This document shows, piece by piece, positions 1 to 9,697 of a stretch of 57,499 nt of DNA; the stretch's first letter is position 1, and each line of letters begins with the position of its first letter. Position numbers and translations under genes: made by a program. The notes under the pieces are model-generated. The model was not told where the DNA came from. It made no database searches and was given only the letters and a program-made list of their open reading frames with translations. The stretch is from a virus (Duplodnaviria > Heunggongvirae > Uroviricota > Caudoviricetes), in IMG/VR virus record IMGVR_UViG_2541047758_000011; one strand, 5' to 3'.

Positions 1-285
1 TCACCGTTAACGCCATACGATAAATGGGATGGTGAGAAATGGGTGACAGACACTGAGGCACAACACAGTGCCGCAGTAGACGCGGCAGAAGCACAGCGCC
101 AGTCACTGATTGATGCAACAATGGCTTCCATTAGTCTGATTCAGTTGAAATTACAGGCCGGACGGAAACTGACTCAGGCAGAAACAACCCGACTTAACGC
201 CGTGCTGGATTACATTGACGCGGTGACGGCAACAGATACCAGCACCGCGCCGGATGTCATCTGGCCTGAACTGTCGGAGGCGTAG
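1..285 (+). CDS. Tail fiber assembly protein, C-terminal part (5' end outside window)
   Basis: Frame 1 reads SPLTPYDKWDGEKWVTDTEAQ... open from base 1; Tfa-like C-terminus ...TSTAPDVIWPELSEA. Confidence 0.7.
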   Translation, partial: SPLTPYDKWDGEKWVTDTEAQHSAAVDAAEAQRQSLIDATMASISLIQLKLQAGRKLTQAETTRLNAVLDYIDAVTATDTSTAPDVIWPELSEA

Positions 286-685
286 GCCATTCAATATCGG
301 GTGCTGTTGACGTATCAACACGCATCAGCAGCACACGGTATTTCTTCCATTGGGTGAGAGTTGTAGCTTCTTCATCAGTTGCGATATCAGCATCAACAGC
401 ATCCTGACGCCAGGATATTTCACTGTCAGCTTTTTCCCGTAATTGGGATTTTTTAACTTCAGCAATAGCTATTAATTCCTTTTTGGTCGGCTGAGGAATA
501 TCTATCAGTGCTGGTTTTCCATTCAGTGTTCCAATCTGTTTTCCTGGTGGAATATCCATAAATAACTTTTTATGTTCTTCCTCACAGACTATTACACCAT
601 CATCAGGCCACAGACCTGATGCCTCAAATTTTTCTTTCTCCGATATGGGGAAAAAGCCATTTGCTTTAGCGCTCCATACGTACAT
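257..685 (-). CDS. Tail fiber assembly protein (Tfa-like, 142 aa)
   Basis: ORF with Tfa-like C-terminus ...RVLLMRVDTSTAPDIEWPTPP; 3' end converges on and overlaps the + strand tfa. Confidence 0.75.
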   Translation of the reverse strand: MYVWSAKANGFFPISEKEKFEASGLWPDDGVIVCEEEHKKLFMDIPPGKQIGTLNGKPALIDIPQPTKKELIAIAEVKKSQLREKADSEISWRQDAVDADIATDEEATTLTQWKKYRVLLMRVDTSTAPDIEWPTPPTVQAR

Positions 686-686
686 A

Positions 687-1337
687 TCAATACCCCACCG
701 CTATAATGTCCACATTAAATCCTCCGGGACCTGCCTGCCAGATGCTGGCCCCTGTTAATGATTTTGTTTGATGAACAACCGCCACATTTGCTGGCGATTG
801 TGTTTCAGTTGTTACAGTACCGATATCATTCCAGTTAATTGAGATGGAATAGTTCGTTGTTGTAAACGACCGGGGGAAAGTTATGTGTCTTACATTGGTG
901 CCAATAGGAAATCCAAGATAAACACGCTGAATTATCATTCCTCCAGGTAACATAACCCAGTTAGCACCTTCTCCCAAACCAAGGTTTTCGAGAGCCGTTT
1001 GCACAGTGCCATCCGATTTGATATCGCCAAACGGATTCTTGCGGCTCAGGTATTCAACAGCAAACCCCGATCCCAGCAATTCAACAAAACCGGGCAGATC
1101 ACCATTATCAAGCACATCCCGTTGCGTTTTATCACTTACAAACTGGGCCAGAGCTGCAGCAATAAAGCTGGCCTGCCGAATAACCTTATTGACTTGCGCA
1201 CTGGATGCTTTCCCTGCTGTAAATCCGGATATAAGCGCAGGCAACGCTTCCCATTCCTCCTGCGACATAACATTGGCATTTCGATCAGTTGCAAACGCTT
1301 TAAAGTCATTTTTCGCCATCAGAGTAATACTCCCCAT
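687..1337 (-). CDS. Tail fiber C-terminal receptor-binding cassette (216 aa, too short for a full fiber)
   Basis: ORF immediately upstream of tfa on same strand; Gly/Thr-rich fibre-tip-like sequence; abuts deletion junction. Confidence 0.55.
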   Translation of the reverse strand: MGSITLMAKNDFKAFATDRNANVMSQEEWEALPALISGFTAGKASSAQVNKVIRQASFIAAALAQFVSDKTQRDVLDNGDLPGFVELLGSGFAVEYLSRKNPFGDIKSDGTVQTALENLGLGEGANWVMLPGGMIIQRVYLGFPIGTNVRHITFPRSFTTTNYSISINWNDIGTVTTETQSPANVAVVHQTKSLTGASIWQAGPGGFNVDIIAVGY

Positions 1338-1427
1338 GCCCCTACATCAAAACCACTGATGAATTCGTTATCCATATCAAAACCAAAAAATTTAGAGCCT
1401 TCCGATGGAGTTTCCACCGAAGGTGTT

Positions 1428-1742
1428 TCAATGCCCCCCGCCCATACCCCGGCGGCTTTTACTGTTAGATACCGCCAATACCCGTTTCATCGCGGCACTC
1501 TGGCGACACTCCTTAAAAATCAGGTTCGTGCTCATCTTTCCTTCCCGTTCTTCCCTGGTAGCAAACCGGTAATACACCGTTCGCCAGACCTTACCTTCGA
1601 TAACCAGAAGACCTGCCCGTGCCATTTTAGCCGCGGCCTGATTTATGCTGGTTACTGTTGCGCCTGTTAGCGCGGCAACGTCCGGCGCACAGAAGCTATT
1701 ATGCGTCCCCAGGTAATGAATAATTGCCTCTTTGCCCGTCAT
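1428..1742 (-). CDS. ren: Ren protein (lambda ren-like)
   Basis: MTGKEAIIHYLGTHNSFCAPDVAALTGATVTSINQAAAKMARAG... matches lambda Ren from memory; lies directly after P. Confidence 0.8.
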   Translation of the reverse strand: MTGKEAIIHYLGTHNSFCAPDVAALTGATVTSINQAAAKMARAGLLVIEGKVWRTVYYRFATREEREGKMSTNLIFKECRQSAAMKRVLAVSNSKSRRGMGGGH

Positions 1743-2440
1743 ACACTTGCTCCTTTCAGTCCGAACTTAGCTTTGATTTCTGCGATCTTCGCCAGAGCCT
1801 GTGCACGATTTAGAGGTCTACCGCCCATGACAGGAAGTTGTTTTACTGGTTCAGGGATCGCCTCACCACGGTTAATTCTCGCAGTCATATGGACAAGCTC
1901 ATCTGCGGCCTTACGGCGTAATTCCGCATCAGTAAGCGCATTGGCCCGCATGTTCTGATACAGGTTGGTAACCAGCCAGTAGTGCGCGTTTGATTTCCAC
2001 GGATAAGACTCCGCATCCGGATACAGGCCTCGCTTCCGGCAATACTCGTAAACCATATCAACCAGCTCGCTGGCGTTTGGCAGCCCGGCGGTAACGGATG
2101 CTTCTTCCCGGCACCAGGCAACAAACTGCCCGGGTGATGGCAGGAATGGTCGATTCTGCCGACGGGCTACGCGCATTCCAGCGTTAACCTGTTCCATCGT
2201 GGTGATCCCATTTTCCCGGAAAGCCAGAACCCACTGGCGGCGGATTTCGTTCAGTTCATTCTGGTCACGGTTAGCCAGGCTCGCCGGGAAAGTTGCCAGT
2301 AACTGGCTGAACACACCATTGATGATCTGCGCTACCTGTTGTACCTGCGGCTTTTCGTCGTACTGTTCCGGCATGTTGTTGGCGATCCGGCGCATCTGCT
2401 CACGGTCAAAGTTAACCATCTGTGCGGCGATGTTTTTCAT
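1739..2440 (-). CDS. P: Replication protein P (DnaB helicase loader)
   Basis: 233 aa, MKNIAAQMVNFDREQMRRIANNMPEQYDEK... recalled as lambda P; overlaps O stop. Confidence 0.93.
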   Translation of the reverse strand: MKNIAAQMVNFDREQMRRIANNMPEQYDEKPQVQQVAQIINGVFSQLLATFPASLANRDQNELNEIRRQWVLAFRENGITTMEQVNAGMRVARRQNRPFLPSPGQFVAWCREEASVTAGLPNASELVDMVYEYCRKRGLYPDAESYPWKSNAHYWLVTNLYQNMRANALTDAELRRKAADELVHMTARINRGEAIPEPVKQLPVMGGRPLNRAQALAKIAEIKAKFGLKGASV

Positions 2441-3336
2441 AAATCCACCCCGTAAATCCAGTCAGTGTTTGTCAGGTCGAGTTTTGGTTTGCTGGCTGTC
2501 ACGCCTGCCTGTTGCTTGTTACGGTTGATTTCGAGCTGGGTCCACTTGTCGCGGAGTTTGGCCGGACTCAGCACGTTACCGGACCAGAAGTTGTCCTGGC
2601 AGGCCCAGCGGAAAAGCACACACATATCGCGGTGGTTACGTCCGTCACGTTCACGCATCAGGCGGATATCGTTAGCCCACCCAGCAAAATTCGGTTTTCT
2701 GGCTGATGGCGCGATGGTCTTCACCATGTCAAACATCCACTCTGCGGCGGTCAGGTCTTCTGCTGTTCCCCACTTGCTGCCGCTCTGAATTGCAGCATCC
2801 GGTTTAACCACAGAAAGATCGTTTTCTGGCTGGTCAGAGGATTCGCCAGAATTCTCGGACGAATAATCTTTTCTTTTTTCTTTTGTAATAGTGTCTTTTG
2901 TGTCTCCCTGTTTTGAGGGATAGCAATCCCCCAATTTGAGGGATGTTTTATCCCTCGTTTTAGGGGATTTTCCCTCGTTTTGAGGGATACACCATTCTGA
3001 GATGTTTTTATTTGGTCCAAACATGCCGCCTTGCTGCTTGATAATATTCATTCTGACGAGTTCTAACTTGGCTTCATTGCACCGTTTGACAGGTAACTTT
3101 GTAATCTCGCTAAGTTGAGAATCGGTGATTCTGTCCATTGGTTTATTCCACCCATAGGTTTTACGCAGAATGGCAAGCAGCACTTTAAACTGTCGCTTGG
3201 TCAGATCTGCGCCCGAATAAGCCTCAAGCAGCATATTTGATAGTCTGGCGTAACCATCATCGAGATCTGCCACATTACGCTCCTGTCCGGCAAAGTTACC
3301 TCTGCCGAAGTTGAGTATTTTTGCTGTATTTGTCAT
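2437..3336 (-). CDS. O: Replication initiator protein O
   Basis: 299 aa, MTNTAKILNFGRGNFAGQERNVADLDDGYARLSNMLLEAYSG... recalled as lambda O; contains ori iterons. Confidence 0.93.
   Translation of the reverse strand: MTNTAKILNFGRGNFAGQERNVADLDDGYARLSNMLLEAYSGADLTKRQFKVLLAILRKTYGWNKPMDRITDSQLSEITKLPVKRCNEAKLELVRMNIIKQQGGMFGPNKNISEWCIPQNEGKSPKTRDKTSLKLGDCYPSKQGDTKDTITKEKRKDYSSENSGESSDQPENDLSVVKPDAAIQSGSKWGTAEDLTAAEWMFDMVKTIAPSARKPNFAGWANDIRLMRERDGRNHRDMCVLFRWACQDNFWSGNVLSPAKLRDKWTQLEINRNKQQAGVTASKPKLDLTNTDWIYGVDL
2860..2990. repeat. ori-lambda-type iterons (four TCCCTC...GAGGGA-like repeats) plus AT-rich tract inside O
   Basis: Seen directly: tccctgttttgaggga, tcccccaatttgaggga, tccctcgttttagggga, tccctcgttttgaggga next to an A/T-rich stretch. 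Confidence 0.85.
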
Positions 3337-3368
3337 AATGACTCCTGTTGATAGATCCAGTAATGACC

Positions 3369-3662
3369 TCAGAACTCCATCTGGATTTGTTCAGAACGCT
3401 CGGTTGCCGCCGGGCGTTTTTTATTGGTGAGAATCGCAGCAACTTGTCGCGCCAATCGAACCATGTCGTCGTCAACGACCCCCCATTCAAGAACAGCAAG
3501 CAGCATTGAGAACTTTGGAATCCAGTCTCTCTTCCACCTGCTGATCTGCGACTTATCAACTCCCACAGCTTCCGCTGTCTTCTCAGTTCCAAGCATTGCG
3601 ATTTTGTTAAGCAACGCACTCTCGATTCGTAGAGCCTCGTTGCGTTTGTTTGCACGAACCAT
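3369..3662 (-). CDS. cII: Transcriptional activator CII
   Basis: MVRANKRNEALRIESALLNKIAMLGTEKTAEAVGVDKSQISRWKRDWIPKF... recalled as lambda CII (97 aa). Confidence 0.9.
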   Translation of the reverse strand: MVRANKRNEALRIESALLNKIAMLGTEKTAEAVGVDKSQISRWKRDWIPKFSMLLAVLEWGVVDDDMVRLARQVAAILTNKKRPAATERSEQIQMEF

Positions 3663-3781
3663 ATGTAAGTATTTCCTTAGATAACAATTGATTGAATGTA
3701 TGCAAATAAATGCATACACCATAGGTGTGGTTTAATTTGATGCCCTTTTTCAGGGCTGGAATGTGTAAGAGCGGGAATGTC

Positions 3782-3997
3782 TTAAGCGGCTTTGTGTTCC
3801 GGAGGGAACACGTCATCAAGACTGACTTTTGCGCCTAACTTGTTTAGGCATGCAACAAGAGCGCGGCATGTTTTAAGGTCTGGGAAGCGACGACCAGATT
3901 CCCAATGCCCAATAGCTCCCTGTGTGCATCCAACCGCCTTAGCAAGTGTTGTTTGAGAGATATTCAGTGACTCTCGATATTTTCGTAGGTTGCTCAT
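3782..3997 (-). CDS. cro: Cro-like HTH repressor (non-lambda immunity type)
   Basis: 71 aa HTH protein MSNLRKYRESLNISQTTLAKAVGCTQGAIGHWESGRR, divergent from cI. Confidence 0.7.
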   Translation of the reverse strand: MSNLRKYRESLNISQTTLAKAVGCTQGAIGHWESGRRFPDLKTCRALVACLNKLGAKVSLDDVFPPEHKAA

Positions 3998-4108
3998 ATG
4001 CCCTCCATAGTAACCATGAGACAATAATACGATATGTACTTTTGGAATGCAAACAAAAAATACATCTTGTGCATGGATGGTTTTAGTACAGAGCGTAATA
4101 ATAAGGAT

Positions 4109-4768
4109 ATGAAAATGAAATGGTATGAACTGGCTAGATCCAGAATGAAAGAGCTCGGCATAACTCAAGAGAAGTTGGCTGAAGAGCTTGGTATGACGCA
4201 GGGTGGAATTGGTCACTGGTTGCGCGGATCTCGTCATCCATCTCTTGACGAGATTGGTGTGGTGTTTAAATACCTTGGTATTGATAACGTCTCATTCAAC
4301 CACGACGGTACATTTTCACCTGTTGGCGAATACTCATCTGCCCCCGTTAAAAAACAATATGAGTACCCTGTTTTTTCTCATGTTCAGGCCGGGATGTTCT
4401 CGCCTGAGCTTAGAACCTTTACCAAAGGTGATGCGGAGAGATGGGTCAGCACAACCAAAAAAGCCAGTGATTGTGCGTTTTGGCTTGAAGTTGAAGGTAA
4501 TTCCATGACCGCACCAACAGGATCCAAGCCAAGCTTTCCTGACGGGATGTTAATTCTCGTTGACCCTGAGCAGGCTGTTGAGCCAGGTGATTTCTGCATA
4601 GCCAGACTTGGTGGTGACGAGTTTACCTTCAAGAAACTGATCAGGGATAGCGGTCAGGTGTTCCTACAACCACTAAACCCGCAATATCCAATGATCCCAT
4701 GCAATGATAGCTGTTCCGTTGTAGGGAAAGTTATCGCCAGCCAGTGGCCAGAAGAGACGTTTGGGTGA
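4109..4768 (+). CDS. cI: CI-like prophage repressor (HTH N-domain of different immunity, lambda-cI-like S24 C-domain)
   Basis: C-terminal domain matches lambda cI (..[40 protein letters not shown]..) with Ser/Lys dyad intact; N-terminal HTH differs; start chosen at ATG 4109 after AAGGA. Confidence 0.85.
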   Translation: MKMKWYELARSRMKELGITQEKLAEELGMTQGGIGHWLRGSRHPSLDEIGVVFKYLGIDNVSFNHDGTFSPVGEYSSAPVKKQYEYPVFSHVQAGMFSPELRTFTKGDAERWVSTTKKASDCAFWLEVEGNSMTAPTGSKPSFPDGMLILVDPEQAVEPGDFCIARLGGDEFTFKKLIRDSGQVFLQPLNPQYPMIPCNDSCSVVGKVIASQWPEETFG

Positions 4769-4793
4769 TAGGAATGGATGTTAAGGATTAAGA

Positions 4794-5840
4794 ATGTCAG
4801 CGATTGATCAACCTGCGCAATATGTTATCAAGTCAGAAGACGACTTTGTATCTTTTGTAACAGAAATGCTCGGAAGGAAGGATATCGACTCAAGCGACTT
4901 CACATTCCCTAACGTAGTTTTCAGTGGATGGCCAAAGATCAATATTAATGTAAAAGGCGATCCAAATAGATATAATTCTTCATTGACTGCGTCAATGCTT
5001 TTTGGTATGGCAGAGCTTACGCATGAAATACAAAAAGCATTTACGGTAGTCAGTCACAGCACTCATAATCGGCAGAAGCTAAAAGATGCAGAGAAAGGTT
5101 TGCTGGATATTGTCTACCGAATAAGCGAAGGCTCAAGCCAAGCGGATGGTGACTCAGATCCGATTGTAAACGGAGTGGTGACAGTGTTTACTCAAGCGAT
5201 AGGCAAAATGACAGGAAGGCAAGCACTATGCGCCGTCGCCGCTATCGTCTTAGCTGCCAGCACGGTAGGCTATAAGTGGATCAATGAGTACTACGAAACA
5301 CAGCGACATGACCAAGATTCTCAGGTGCAATTGGTGGAAAAAAGCACCAAAGCGGTAAACGAAGCACAAGACAATGTGCTCAAGTTGTTGATTAGCGGTC
5401 AAACAAACATTAGCAGAGAGGTTCTGGCTCACGGCGAGGATGGTAAAAGCAAGTTGCTTAAAAAGCTTGCTCAAGACTCGTCAGTTGAGAGGGTAACAAT
5501 TGGTCAGAGAGTGGTAAATAGAGAACAGTTGAATACCTTAAACCAAAGACAATCAATTGATCGAAAAAAGGAAACTAGAAGAGATAACTTTTATGTCACG
5601 GGCGTTCGTCGCTCGGGAGAAACAAATCAGGACATAAATATTGACGTCATAAGGGTTTCAAATGGTGAATCTTTCACCATAAAAACCTCAGCCGACATAA
5701 CATCTACTGATGAGCTTCTTGAGTTTTTGAATGCTGTAGCCAAAGAATCAACTGTTGAAATTTCATACCTAGAGGTTGTAGAAAATGGGCACATTTCAAC
5801 AGGGCAATTGATAAATATATTCCCCAGCGAACCAGAGTGA
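4794..5840 (+). CDS. Unknown 348-aa protein at the rexAB position; one hydrophobic segment and a charged C-terminal half
   Basis: Long ORF 25 bp after cI, same strand, followed by hairpin terminator; no similarity to RexA/RexB recognised; AT-rich by inspection. Confidence 0.7.
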   Translation: MSAIDQPAQYVIKSEDDFVSFVTEMLGRKDIDSSDFTFPNVVFSGWPKININVKGDPNRYNSSLTASMLFGMAELTHEIQKAFTVVSHSTHNRQKLKDAEKGLLDIVYRISEGSSQADGDSDPIVNGVVTVFTQAIGKMTGRQALCAVAAIVLAASTVGYKWINEYYETQRHDQDSQVQLVEKSTKAVNEAQDNVLKLLISGQTNISREVLAHGEDGKSKLLKKLAQDSSVERVTIGQRVVNREQLNTLNQRQSIDRKKETRRDNFYVTGVRRSGETNQDINIDVIRVSNGESFTIKTSADITSTDELLEFLNAVAKESTVEISYLEVVENGHISTGQLINIFPSEPE

Positions 5841-5851
5841 TGCACTCCAAA

Positions 5852-5879
5852 CCCGGCCTCAGCGCCGGGTTTTCTTTTT
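5852..5879 (+). terminator. Rho-independent terminator after the cI operon
   Basis: cccggcctcagcgccggg hairpin followed by ttttcttttt. Confidence 0.7.
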
Positions 5880-5944
5880 CCAAAATATAAACCCATTAAA
5901 TACAAAGCGTTATAAAAAACTAATTATATTTAGAACATTTTGTA

Positions 5945-5973
5945 TTGACTCGATAAAGTACAAATCGTACTAT
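5945..5973 (+). promoter_or_regulatory. pL-like promoter (TTGACT, 17 bp, TACTAT)
   Basis: -35 ttgact and -10 tactat with 17-bp spacer upstream of nutL/N. Confidence 0.55.
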
Positions 5974-6013
5974 TTAGCCATCAGCAGGACGCACTGACCA
6001 CCATTGAAGGTGA

Positions 6014-6044
6014 GGCTCTTAAAAATTTAGCCCTGAAGAAGGGC
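6014..6044 (+). promoter_or_regulatory. nutL site (boxA gctcttaaaaatt, boxB gccctgaagaagggc)
   Basis: boxB hairpin GCCCTGAAGAAGGGC recalled as lambda nutL boxB, preceded by boxA-like CGCTCTTAA. Confidence 0.85.
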
Positions 6045-6154
6045 AGCATTCAAAGCAGAAGGCTTTGAGTAGCGCGAAATGCAGCTGCAAGACAGCAACC
6101 GTGGAGATAAGCATCACGGCGCGTTACTCAAAGCTAACTGACAGGAGAATCCAG

Positions 6155-6487
6155 ATGGATGCACAAGCACGCCGCCGCGAACGTCGCGCAGAGAAACAGG
6201 CTCAATGGAAAGCAGCAAATCCCCTGTTGGTTGGGGTAAGCGCAAAACCAGTTAACCGCCCTATTCTCTCGCTGAATCGCAAACCGAAATCACGAGTAGA
6301 AAGCGCACTGAATCCGATAGACCTTACGGTGCTGGCTGAATACCACGAACAGATTGAAAGCAACCTGCAACGTATTGAGCGCAAGAATCAGCGCACATGG
6401 TACAGCAAGCCACGCTGTGAAATGGGTGTGACTTGCTCAGGCCGCCAGAAGCAACGCGGAAAATCAATTCCAGCTTATTACGATTGA
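6155..6487 (+). CDS. N: Antitermination protein N
   Basis: MDAQARRRERRAEKQAQWKAANPLLVGVSAKPVNRPILSLNRKPKSR... arginine-rich motif, lambda N-like. Confidence 0.9.
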   Translation: MDAQARRRERRAEKQAQWKAANPLLVGVSAKPVNRPILSLNRKPKSRVESALNPIDLTVLAEYHEQIESNLQRIERKNQRTWYSKPRCEMGVTCSGRQKQRGKSIPAYYD

Positions 6488-6495
6488 GGTGAGCC

Positions 6496-6633
6496 ATGCT
6501 CAAGAAAGTCAAACGCCGACTTTACAAAGAAGGTAGATATTCATGCCAGTTGCCAAAATGCGACACAACAAAATGGAGTGTCGATGATTGGTGTAACTGG
6601 ATAGATAGATACGGAACTTGGTGGGATAAATAA
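6496..6633 (+). CDS. Small Cys-rich hypothetical protein (45 aa)
   Basis: Short ORF MLKKVKRRLYKEGRYSCQLPKCDTTKWSVDDWCNWIDRYGTWWDK; below the 60-aa ORF track threshold. Confidence 0.3.
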   Translation: MLKKVKRRLYKEGRYSCQLPKCDTTKWSVDDWCNWIDRYGTWWDK

Positions 6634-6757
6634 CAGGTAACTTAAGCGTATTTACTTTCGCAGCAAACAACTTATTTGAGGTGATATATGGAAGAAGAAT
6701 TTGAAGAGTTCGAAGAGCATCCTCAGGATGTGATGGAACAATACCAGGACTATCCGT

Positions 6758-6937
6758 ATGACTACGACTATTGATAAAAATCAATGGTGTGGACAATTCA
6801 AGCGATGCAATGGATGCAAGCTGCAATCGGAATGCATGGTTAAGCCTGAAGAAATGTTTCCTGTAATGGAAGATGGGAAATATGTCGATAAATGGGCAAT
6901 ACGAACGACGGCAATGATTGCCAGAGAACTTGGTTAA
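6758..6937 (+). CDS. ral: Restriction alleviation protein Ral
   Basis: MTTTIDKNQWCGQFKRCNGCKLQSECMVKPEEMFPVMEDGKYVDKWAIRTTAMIARELG recalled as lambda Ral; below ORF track threshold, found by manual translation. Confidence 0.8.
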   Translation: MTTTIDKNQWCGQFKRCNGCKLQSECMVKPEEMFPVMEDGKYVDKWAIRTTAMIARELG

Positions 6938-7094
6938 CAGAACAACAAAGCTGCCTGATAGTGGCCTTTATTTTTGGCATAAATAACAGAATAAACACTG
7001 CACTGTGTATTCATTCCAACGAGTGAATACACGGAGCAATGTCGCTCGTAACTAAACAGGAGCCGACTTGTTCTGATTATTGGAAATCTTCTTC

Positions 7095-7120
7095 GCCCTC
7101 CAGTGTGAGGGCGATTTTTT
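7095..7120 (+). terminator. Rho-independent terminator (gccctccagtgtgagggc + T-run), preceded by a 9-bp perfect inverted repeat at 7005-7032
   Basis: Hairpin plus gatttttt; whole ~125-bp block is repeated at 49441-49562. Confidence 0.65.
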
Positions 7121-7140
7121 ATCTATGAGGATATGAATAG

Positions 7141-7509
7141 ATGTCAAACATCAAAAAATACATCATTGATTACGACTGGAAAGCATCAATAGAAATTGAA
7201 ATCGACCATGACGTAATGACAGAGGAAAAACTTCACCAGATTAATAATTTCTGGTCAGACTCTGAATACCGACTCAATAAACACGGCTCTGTATTAAATG
7301 CTGTATTAATCATGCTGGCGCAACATGCTCTGCTTATAGCAATTTCAAGCGACTTAAATGCATATGGTGTTGTGTGTGAGTTCGACTGGAATGATGGAAA
7401 TGGTCAGGAAGGATGGCCTCCAATGGATGGTAGCGAAGGAATAAGAATTACCGATATCGATACATCAGGAATATTTGATTCAGATGATATGACTATCAAA
7501 GCCGCCTGA
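7141..7509 (+). CDS. ea10: Ea10-like early protein (122 aa)
   Basis: Sits between ral and cIII as lambda ea10 does and has the same length (122 aa). Confidence 0.7.
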   Translation: MSNIKKYIIDYDWKASIEIEIDHDVMTEEKLHQINNFWSDSEYRLNKHGSVLNAVLIMLAQHALLIAISSDLNAYGVVCEFDWNDGNGQEGWPPMDGSEGIRITDIDTSGIFDSDDMTIKAA

Positions 7510-7581
7510 GCGCGGCGTTACCGCATACCAATAACGCTTCACTCGAGGCGTTTTTCGTTATGTATAAATAAGGAGCACACC

Positions 7582-7746
7582 ATGCAATATGCCATTGCAG
7601 GGTGGCCTGTTGCTGGCTGCCCTTCCGAATCTTTACTTGAACGAATCACCCGTAAATTACGTGACGGATGGAAACGCCTTATCGACATACTTAATCAGCC
7701 AGGAGTCCCAAAAAATGGATCAAACACTTATGGCTATCCAGACTAA
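7582..7746 (+). CDS. cIII: CIII protein (FtsH inhibitor)
   Basis: [54 protein letters not shown] recalled as lambda cIII. Confidence 0.9.
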   Translation: MQYAIAGWPVAGCPSESLLERITRKLRDGWKRLIDILNQPGVPKNGSNTYGYPD

Positions 7747-7858
7747 ATTCACTATCGCCACTTTTATTGGCGATGAAAAGATGTTTCGTGAGGCCGTCGA
7801 CGCTTATAAAAAATGGATATTAATACTGAAACTGAGATCAAGCAAAAGCATTCACTAA
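7715..7858 (+). CDS. kil: Kil protein (FtsZ inhibitor)
   Basis: [47 protein letters not shown] recalled as lambda Kil; overlaps cIII 3' end. Confidence 0.85.
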   Translation: MDQTLMAIQTKFTIATFIGDEKMFREAVDAYKKWILILKLRSSKSIH

Positions 7859-8229
7859 CCCCCTTTCCTGTTTTCCTAATCAGCCCGGCATTTCGCGGGC
7901 GATATTTTCACAGCTATTTCAGGAGTTCAGCCATGAACGCTTATTACATTCAGGATCGTCTTGAGGCTCAGAGCTGGACGCGTCACTACCAGCAGATCGC
8001 CCGTGAAGAGAAAGAGGCAGAACTGGCAGACGACATGGAAAAAGGCCTGCCCCAGCACCTGTTTGAATCGCTATGCATCGATCATTTGCAACGCCACGGG
8101 GTCAGCAAAAAAGCCATTACCCGTGCGTTCGATGACGATGTTGAGTTTCAGGAGCGCATGGCAGAACACATCCGGTACATGGTTGAAACCATTGCTCACC
8201 ACCAGGTTGATATTGATTCAGAGGTATAA
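7813..8229 (+). CDS. gam: Gam (RecBCD inhibitor)
   Basis: 138 aa [55 protein letters not shown]... lambda Gam. Confidence 0.93.
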   Translation: MDINTETEIKQKHSLTPFPVFLISPAFRGRYFHSYFRSSAMNAYYIQDRLEAQSWTRHYQQIAREEKEAELADDMEKGLPQHLFESLCIDHLQRHGVSKKAITRAFDDDVEFQERMAEHIRYMVETIAHHQVDIDSEV

Positions 8230-8234
8230 AACGG

Positions 8235-9020
8235 ATGAGTACAGCACTCGCAACGCTGGCTGGGAAGCTGGCTGAACGTGTCGGCATGGATTCTGTCGAC
8301 CCACAGGAACTGATCACCACTCTTCGCCAGACGGCATTTAAAGGTGATGCCAGCGATGCGCAGTTCATCGCATTGTTGATCGTCGCCAACCAGTACGGCC
8401 TTAATCCGTGGACGAAAGAAATTTACGCCTTCCCTGACAAGCAGAACGGCATCGTTCCGGTGGTGGGCGTTGATGGCTGGTCCCGCATCATCAATGAAAA
8501 CCAGCAGTTTGATGGCATGGACTTTGAGCAGGACAATGAATCCTGCACATGCCGGATTTACCGCAAAGACCGCAATCATCCGATCTGCGTTACCGAGTGG
8601 ATGGATGAATGCCGCCGCGAACCATTCAAAACCCGCGAAGGCAGAGAAATCACGGGGCCGTGGCAGTCGCATCCCAAACGGATGTTACGGCATAAAGCCA
8701 TGATTCAGTGTGCCCGTCTCGCCTTCGGATTTGCTGGTATCTATGACAAGGATGAAGCCGAGCGCATTGTCGAAAATACCGCATACACTGCAGAACGTCA
8801 GCCGGAACGCGACATCACTCCGGTTAACGATGAAACCATGCAGGAGATTAACACTCTGCTGATTGCCCTGGATAAAACATGGGATGACGACTTATTGCCG
8901 CTCTGTTCCCAGATATTTCGCCGCGACATTCGCGCATCGTCAGAACTGACACAGGCCGAAGCAGTGAAAGCTCTTGGATTCCTGAAACAGAAAGCCACTG
9001 AGCAGAAGGTGGCAGCATGA
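8235..9020 (+). CDS. bet: Bet (Red-beta ssDNA annealing protein)
   Basis: 261 aa [59 protein letters not shown]... lambda Bet. Confidence 0.95.
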   Translation: MSTALATLAGKLAERVGMDSVDPQELITTLRQTAFKGDASDAQFIALLIVANQYGLNPWTKEIYAFPDKQNGIVPVVGVDGWSRIINENQQFDGMDFEQDNESCTCRIYRKDRNHPICVTEWMDECRREPFKTREGREITGPWQSHPKRMLRHKAMIQCARLAFGFAGIYDKDEAERIVENTAYTAERQPERDITPVNDETMQEINTLLIALDKTWDDDLLPLCSQIFRRDIRASSELTQAEAVKALGFLKQKATEQKVAA

Positions 9021-9697
9021 CACCGGACATTATACTGCAGCGTACCGGGATCGACGTGAGAGCTGTCGAACAGGGGGATGATGCATGGCACAAATTACGG
9101 CTCGGCGTCATCACCGCTTCAGAAGTTCACAACGTGATAGCAAAGCCCCGATCAGGAAAGAAGTGGCCTGACATGAAAATGTCCTACTTCCACACCCTGC
9201 TGGCTGAGGTTTGCACCGGTGTGGCTCCGGAAGTTAACGCTAAAGCGCTGGCCTGGGGAAAACAGTACGAGAACGACGCCAGAACCCTGTTTGAGTTCAC
9301 TTCCGGCGTAAATGTTATTGAATCCCCGATCATCTATCGCGACGAAAGTATGCGCACCGCCTGCTCTCCCGATGGTTTATGCAGTGACGGCAATGGCCTT
9401 GAGCTGAAATGCCCGTTTACCTCCCGGGATTTCATGAAGTTCCGGCTCGGTGGTTTCGAGGCCATAAAGTCGGCTTACATGGCCCAGGTGCAGTACAGCA
9501 TGTGGGTGACGCGAAAAGATGCCTGGTACTTTGCCAACTATGACCCGCGTATGAAGCGTGAAGGCCTGCATTATGTCGTGGTTGAGCGGGATGAAAAGTA
9601 CATGGCGAGTTTTGACGAGATGGTGCCGGAGTTCATCGAAAAAATGGACGAGGCACTGGCTGAAATTGGTTTTGCATTTGGGGAGCAATGGCGATGA
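9017..9697 (+). CDS. exo: Lambda exonuclease (Red-alpha)
   Basis: 226 aa [65 protein letters not shown]... lambda Exo. Confidence 0.95.
   Translation: MTPDIILQRTGIDVRAVEQGDDAWHKLRLGVITASEVHNVIAKPRSGKKWPDMKMSYFHTLLAEVCTGVAPEVNAKALAWGKQYENDARTLFEFTSGVNVIESPIIYRDESMRTACSPDGLCSDGNGLELKCPFTSRDFMKFRLGGFEAIKSAYMAQVQYSMWVTRKDAWYFANYDPRMKREGLHYVVVERDEKYMASFDEMVPEFIEKMDEALAEIGFAFGEQWR

Noticed and set aside
999-1670. 223-aa and 117-aa ORFs on the + strand
   Set aside because: Antisense to the tail-fibre cassette and ren; no recognisable domains; explained by the better-supported minus-strand genes.
7589-7858. 89-aa track ORF spanning the cIII-kil region
   Set aside because: Frame artefact; the real genes are cIII (7582-7746) and kil (7715-7858) in their own frames.
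8196-8672. 158-aa minus-strand ORF
   Set aside because: Lies entirely antisense within bet, which is recognised with high confidence.
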